Shown here: piece by piece, positions 59,057-64,000 of the stretch
Position numbering within the stretch: position 1 is the stretch's first letter
Layout of the letters: every line of letters starts with the position of its first letter
NCBI GenBank assembly: GCA_041690595.1
Contig: JAWLHB010000013.1
Coordinates: forward strand, 62,001 to 126,000
Length of the DNA: 64,000 nucleotides
Reading direction: 5' to 3'
Source: Lentisphaeria bacterium
GTDB lineage: Bacteria > Verrucomicrobiota > Lentisphaeria > JABSQK01 > JAWLHB01
Notes under the pieces: generated by a model
What the model was told of the DNA's origin: nothing
The model's database searches: none
Seen by the model: the letters and a program-made list of their open reading frames with translations, nothing else
Translations under genes and position numbers: made by a program

Positions 59057-59821
59057 TTATTGGAGGATGGCGAGGCTGGTGCCGCGGATGTGGCGGATGT
59101 CGAGGTTTTCGCGCTGCTGGAGTTCTTCGAGGGCGCGGGTGACGCCTTCCCAGATGCCGTAGTCGTGCCAGACGATGATGCCGCCGCTTTCGATCAGGGT
59201 AAGGGCGGCGCGGGTGTCGGAGATGGCATAGTCGTAGGCGTGTGAGCCGTCGACAAAGACGAGGGAGCAGGTTGCGGCATAGGGGGTGTAGTCGAAGGAG
59301 GCGGAGTCGCCGAGGATCTGGTGGATGCGGGAGATGAGTTGGGGATGGCTTTGCCGATAGCGGTGGTATCGGGTGCCTGGGACGGGTTTCTCGACCATGT
59401 GGCGTTCGCCCTGGGCCAGATGGAAACGGGTGGCCTGCTCGGGGGGAAGATCGAGGGTGAAGATCTGGCAGGCGGGGGGTGCGTTGAGGGCGAGGTTGAG
59501 GGTGGTTCTGCCATCGAAGGTGCCGATCTCGAAGATGGAGGAGGCGTCTCGGCATCCGGCGGCGAGGGCGGCGAGGATGGCGAGTTCGCTGATGCGCACG
59601 TTGCCATTGGCTTTTCGGTGCTCCCACACGCAGGGGGCTACGGTGCGGACGCAGGAGCGCCAGGAAATGGTGGGGAGCTTGGTTTCCTGAAGTCGACGGC
59701 TCTGCTTGCCGCGAAGACGATTGGAGTGGCGTCTCCAACTTCGGGAGAAGGCTGAGCAGGGAAGATAGAGGTGGGTGCCGTAGAGGCCCCGGCATCGCGC
59801 CATCATGCTGTATTGCGTCAA
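59057..59821 (-). CDS. Class I SAM-dependent methyltransferase
   Basis: IFEIGTFDGRTT, GDS, VFVDGSH.Y..D, GGIIVWHDY. Start uncertain. Confidence 0.8.
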   Translation of the reverse strand: MTQYSMMARCRGLYGTHLYLPCSAFSRSWRRHSNRLRGKQSRRLQETKLPTISWRSCVRTVAPCVWEHRKANGNVRISELAILAALAAGCRDASSIFEIGTFDGRTTLNLALNAPPACQIFTLDLPPEQATRFHLAQGERHMVEKPVPGTRYHRYRQSHPQLISRIHQILGDSASFDYTPYAATCSLVFVDGSHAYDYAISDTRAALTLIESGGIIVWHDYGIWEGVTRALEELQQRENLDIRHIRGTSLAILQ

Positions 59822-60140
59822 AGGTCCGTCCGAATTCGTAGGATAGGGCTGAGGGACTCACACGACGACGGGGTACGTTATGACGCGATAAGAAAATATC
59901 AAGAGAATTTCCGTTCATGTTTTGAGGGTGAGGCGGCGGCCCCTTTGCCGCGTGGATTAGAATGATTATAGGCTATGTGAAATCATCACCCTTGGAGGAG
60001 CAGCAGGACGAGAGGTTAACTATCTGCACATTTCTCCGCGGATGATGTTCTATCAGCAGCACTTGCACCGGAGGTATCCCGGTGTGACCATGATAAAACG
60101 ATTACCCTGAGCCGCCCTGGGCGCGGGATGGAGAATACGG

Positions 60141-61004
60141 ATGAATGTCCTGAAGGATGTGAAAAAGAAGCTGGAATGGCGACTCGATTTCGTGCGCCGC
60201 AGCGCTGATCTTTGCTGGCGGGATCGAGTCTCGCATATAGGACCGGGCTCGAACCGGCATCGAGAGTCGCTGATCGACCGGATGGTGAGCCAGACAGCGG
60301 ATGGGGAGAAGTTCTTCCGGTTGCGTGATTTGAAGATCTTCTTTCTTCCCGAGGGGGGAAGCGAGGAGAGTCACTATGCATCGGCGCGCACGGTGATGAT
60401 CGAGTCGTACCTGTGCAGCGACGACTTCTATTCGGAGCATGTGCAGATTCGCCCGGGGGATATCGTGCTGGATGCGGGGGCGTATATCGGCACATGCGCC
60501 ATCAACTTCGCAAGGCGGACCGGGAATAGCGGGAAGGTTTATGCGTTCGAGCCGCTGATGCATTCTCTGGTAACGCGGAATCTGAATGAGAACGGGATCT
60601 CGAACGTAGAGGTGGTGGCGACGGCGGTTGGAGATCGATGCGGGGAGGTGGAGTTCATGGTGGGTGAATCGGTTACCAGCTCGTCGATGGCACGCAAACC
60701 GGGCAAGGTGACACATAAGTTAAAGTGTCCGGTGACGACGCTGGATGCGTTCGCCCGGGAGCGGAGTCTGCCACGGGTGGATTTCATCAAGCTGGATATC
60801 GAGGGGGCTGAAGAGTTGGCCATCCGCGGGGCAGAACAGATCATCAAGGCGTATCATCCGGTGTGGAGTATCTCGTCGTACCATACGGATCATGAAGGTG
60901 ATGCACAGCATCCGAAGCTGATTCGCATTCTGGCGGACGACTACGGGTATAACGTGGAAGAGCAGTACGATCGAGGTAAGCCCGTGCGTCTTCTGGCCTG
61001 GTGA
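60141..61004 (+). CDS. FkbM family methyltransferase
   Basis: VLDAGAYIG, VYAFEP, TTLD, DFIKLDIEGAE. Confidence 0.88.
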   Translation: MNVLKDVKKKLEWRLDFVRRSADLCWRDRVSHIGPGSNRHRESLIDRMVSQTADGEKFFRLRDLKIFFLPEGGSEESHYASARTVMIESYLCSDDFYSEHVQIRPGDIVLDAGAYIGTCAINFARRTGNSGKVYAFEPLMHSLVTRNLNENGISNVEVVATAVGDRCGEVEFMVGESVTSSSMARKPGKVTHKLKCPVTTLDAFARERSLPRVDFIKLDIEGAEELAIRGAEQIIKAYHPVWSISSYHTDHEGDAQHPKLIRILADDYGYNVEEQYDRGKPVRLLAW

Positions 61005-61018
61005 GTCTGGCAGGTGAG

Positions 61019-61088
61019 ACGCGGAGACGCGGGGACGATCCGCAGGGCGCTGCCCCGGCCCCCGCCGATGTTCCCCGCGTCTCCGCGT
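61019..61088. repeat. Perfect 16-bp inverted repeat with 38-nt spacer
   Basis: ACGCGGAGACGCGGGG (61019-61034) and CCCCGCGTCTCCGCGT (61073-61088), just after the FkbM stop. Confidence 0.85.
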
Positions 61089-61191
61089 ACCCGACGTTGG
61101 CAATAATCGCATCAGCAGGTTGCGTTTATCCATAACTCGGGTCCATTATGGGCTTTGCACTCCTCCACCTCCTCCCCAGGGATCATCACCA

Positions 61192-61791
61192 ATGGCCACC
61201 TGTCGCGATACCAGAACCTTCATCCTGAAGATCGATTGCCTGGACAAGATCATCTGGGTCAATGATCACTGGTTGGATTTTGCCCGCGAGAATGGTGCAC
61301 CCAAGTTGGCGGAGTCCAGCCTGATCGGGCAGTCGCTCTGGAAGCACATTTCGGACATCTCGACGACTCACCTCTACCAGACCCTCGTCACCAAGTCCCG
61401 GCAGGAGCTTCTCTTCTTCACCATTCCCTATCGCTGTGATGCTCCCGATCTGCGCCGCTTCATGGAAATGGATATCGTACCCGACGTCGACGGAAACATT
61501 TCTTTCGAGAGCGTCGTGCTCAAGCTCGAACCCCGTGCCCCCGTGCGGCTGCTGGACCCGACCATCGAGCGATCCGAAAGCTTCCTCTACATGTGCAGTT
61601 ACTGCAAGAAGCTGCAGGTGGACAAAGCGCACTGGTCCGATGTGGAAGAGGCGATCGTGAAGCTCAACATCTTCTCAGACCCCAGGCCACCGCAAATCTC
61701 CCATACGATCTGCCCCGTCTGCTATGATGTGCAGATTCAGGCGTTTCGTAACGGCAGAAAAGAGCGTTGTACACGTTCGTCATGCGGTTGA
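61192..61791 (+). CDS. PAS-like protein with a C-terminal four-Cys putative Zn-binding domain
   Basis: I..VN..W..FA.ENGA PAS-like start, YRCD.P..RR, CSYCKK..SHTICPVCY. Confidence 0.65.
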   Translation: MATCRDTRTFILKIDCLDKIIWVNDHWLDFARENGAPKLAESSLIGQSLWKHISDISTTHLYQTLVTKSRQELLFFTIPYRCDAPDLRRFMEMDIVPDVDGNISFESVVLKLEPRAPVRLLDPTIERSESFLYMCSYCKKLQVDKAHWSDVEEAIVKLNIFSDPRPPQISHTICPVCYDVQIQAFRNGRKERCTRSSCG

Positions 61792-61805
61792 CGAAGCTGG
61801 CGCCC

Positions 61806-63146
61806 TCAGCGCACATCGCCTAAAATCAGCGGAACTGCCGCGGCCAGATCGTCGACAATGGGACTCTCCGGAAACTCCTCGGCAAAAGCCGAAGCCTGCT
61901 CGTTGCCGTGTCCGGTGCGCACGAGGATCGGGCGAGCGCCGGCGGCACGAGCGGCACGCGCATCCGAGATCGTGTCTCCAACCATCCAGCCGCCCGGTTC
62001 CAGGTTCGCCTGCCGCCGTGCCAGGTTCAGCAGCGTCGGATTCGGTTTGCTTTCGGTAATATCCGCATGATGCGGCAGCACCGCCGCGGAACCGGCGCCG
62101 GTAGCGGCATAGATCGCATCGACCGTGGCGCCGGCCTCCTCCATCAGCAGACGGCACATCCGGTCATGAACGCACAGCACCACCATCAGCGGCACGTAGC
62201 CCATGCCGACGCAACTCTGATTGGTTACCACCACCACACTCTGGCCGGCATCCTGAAGCCGGCGGATGGCGCCAGCAGCTCCAGGCAGCAGGTTCATCAA
62301 CTCCGGACCGGAATGGTAGGCGGCCCGATCGTTGATCACCCCGTCGCGATCCAGAAAAACCACCGGCCGCGATGGCTGGGCGTCGGCCCCCAGCGCGTGC
62401 TCGCTCATGCGCACACCCGTGTCGTCAAGATCGTACATCCGCCAGCGGAACGGCGGCTCGCAGAAGGACGGTCCCGTCGAGAAATGCGTTCCATTTACCT
62501 GCAGCAGCTCGGTGCCATGATGATAATGCCCGCTCAGACAAAGCTGCACGCGCTTCGATCGGGTGATCCCATCGAGCAGCGACGCCGCTTCGCCGTAGCT
62601 GTGCGGATAGCCTTCGTTCAGCATCGGAGTAATCAGGTAATGTTGAAGGTGCACCTGCGGCGGCGAGTCCGCGCAGGCGAGCGCAGCCAGCCAATCCGTG
62701 CGCTGCGGATGAAAGCGGTAGGCCACGTTGCCCTCGTGCTCATTGTCGCAGAACCGCAGCACCCGCCGACCCGCGACGTCCATCGCATTGGCCGCGGGAT
62801 CGAAGACCCGCCACATCGCCTCATTCCAATCGTGGTTGCCCGGAAGCACCATGTAGCGCAAACCGCTCTCGTCCAGCAGTTCCTTGATCAGCCGGTAATC
62901 CGCCTCCACTACTTGAGACCAGTAGCCGACATCGTCACCGGCAAATCCAGGCGTCGGCCGGCTCAGCCAGAACGGTGCATCCAGCAGATCCCCCGTCAAG
63001 GCCAGCAGATCCGCTTTCTCGTCCGAAATCTGCCGGATAGCCTTCTCCAACAGCGAGGCCATCAACCGTGAGCGCCGAGAGCCGACAGCCGACGTGCCCG
63101 GCTGATGGTGACGCAGATGCAAGTCCGTGATCTGAGCGATGCGCAT
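61806..63146 (-). CDS. Metallophosphoesterase fused to a GmhB/HAD-IIIA phosphatase domain
   Basis: N-terminal DLH, GD, GNHD, GHYH motifs. C-terminal FLDRDGVIN, TNQS, KP, MVGD..D, LVRTGHG motifs. Confidence 0.85.
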   Translation of the reverse strand: MRIAQITDLHLRHHQPGTSAVGSRRSRLMASLLEKAIRQISDEKADLLALTGDLLDAPFWLSRPTPGFAGDDVGYWSQVVEADYRLIKELLDESGLRYMVLPGNHDWNEAMWRVFDPAANAMDVAGRRVLRFCDNEHEGNVAYRFHPQRTDWLAALACADSPPQVHLQHYLITPMLNEGYPHSYGEAASLLDGITRSKRVQLCLSGHYHHGTELLQVNGTHFSTGPSFCEPPFRWRMYDLDDTGVRMSEHALGADAQPSRPVVFLDRDGVINDRAAYHSGPELMNLLPGAAGAIRRLQDAGQSVVVVTNQSCVGMGYVPLMVVLCVHDRMCRLLMEEAGATVDAIYAATGAGSAAVLPHHADITESKPNPTLLNLARRQANLEPGGWMVGDTISDARAARAAGARPILVRTGHGNEQASAFAEEFPESPIVDDLAAAVPLILGDVR

Positions 63147-63288
63147 GGCCTTTTATGCCTCGGGATACTGTCATGAGAGGGGATAACGTTGCCGCGGACG
63201 CCATGGGGGTCGTCCGCTTCGTGAGCTTATACCATGCTTGATGAAGATCTCATTCGCAAGTGCAAATGATGCACCTTCGACAACTCCT

Positions 63289-63317
63289 TTGCCTCCATCG
63301 CGGGTAGGCACTATAGT
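63289..63317 (+). promoter_or_regulatory. Putative sigma70 promoter
   Basis: TTGCCT-17 bp-TATAGT upstream of the CDS at 63362. Confidence 0.5.
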
Positions 63318-63361
63318 ACATTCCCCCAACCCTCAACGCTCATTTCAAGGACAGCCGCCAC

Positions 63362-63859
63362 ATGCAATCGATCTCACCATGCAATCCCTACCATGCGGTA
63401 GTGCGCGATCACGAAATGTGGCACGGGCGGGACGACAAGAGCGTCTTCAAGCTCTATTACGTTGACATCATCGGCCGCGCCAATCCCGAACGCACCGAGT
63501 GGGACAAGTGCGCCACCACCAGGGAAGCGCTGCGCGAGGCTCTGGACCGTACCCCAGGCGCGCAAGGCGTCGGCTTCATTACCGCCTTCCCCCATATCAC
63601 CAAGATCTTCCGCTTCGGTCCCGAAGCCGAAACCGTCCTCAATGTGCGCGCCTGGAATACCGTCGACATGAGCGACATCGATCTCGGCCGCTCCGACGGC
63701 TATGTCGAATTCGCCTGTCTCGCCGAAGCCGCTCTCGCCGCGGACGAGTATCGCTTCTGGGCCCAAGCCGCAAGTGTGGAAGCCTACCTCAAGGAATGGA
63801 GCACCTACCGCGACGGCCCCGTCCTCTGCCAAAGCAAGCTGGCGCAATACTGGAGCTAA
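63362..63859 (+). CDS. Hypothetical protein
   Basis: 165 aa with natural composition, AAGGA RBS and promoter upstream. No recognised motif. Confidence 0.7.
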   Translation: MQSISPCNPYHAVVRDHEMWHGRDDKSVFKLYYVDIIGRANPERTEWDKCATTREALREALDRTPGAQGVGFITAFPHITKIFRFGPEAETVLNVRAWNTVDMSDIDLGRSDGYVEFACLAEAALAADEYRFWAQAASVEAYLKEWSTYRDGPVLCQSKLAQYWS

Positions 63860-64000
63860 TCCGCCTGCTCATCTGATGGCCGGACTATCGACAGGGAAAG
63901 CTCGACGTCGTCGCATGGCTCGTCTGGCGGTGCTCCGTGATACCAGAGACGCGCCTGACCACCGATCACCTCTACCGTGGTAACGCTCACCGTTCGGGCG

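Noticed and set aside
59822..60140. AT-richer spacer between the methyltransferases with a short start-less reading frame (possible gene remnant)
   Set aside because: No recognisable motif. Could simply be a divergent promoter region.

Overview
GC-rich bacterial chromosomal window with about 50 CDS. No rRNA, tRNA, CRISPR array or transposase was recognised. Four intact 'FTLIELLVV(V/I)AII..LAS.LLPAL' prepilin-type genes, an ECF sigma/Ser-Thr kinase pair and many orphan secreted proteins suggest the PVC superphylum, most likely Lentisphaerota-like (inference). Contents: a gpgS/glycosyltransferase/HAD compatible-solute operon; a CoA-transferase/thiolase/two-reductase operon; serA; three URO-D/MtaA-like proteins; a membrane kinase coupled to an ECF sigma; an exonuclease-tatD-tcdA operon; a tandem two-domain kinase; several glycan-active genes (GH78, sialidase-like, PL22-like); an Ehr (Ni-free, hydrogenase-4-related) membrane complex headed by an HTH-PTS IIA gene; two methyltransferases; and a metallophosphoesterase-GmhB-like fusion. 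The strongest novelty candidate is a repeated locus design: a cytoplasmic GntR-sugar-binding-protein fusion regulator, one variable pilin-like (H-X9-DG family) gene and large secreted glycan-enzyme-like proteins, with no SusC/D, TonB receptor or ABC permease. This looks like a pilin-based polysaccharide-utilisation locus. A decayed fifth pilin gene missed by the ORF track and a family of short-period intergenic repeats were also found. All functional calls come from motif reading only; no database searches were run.
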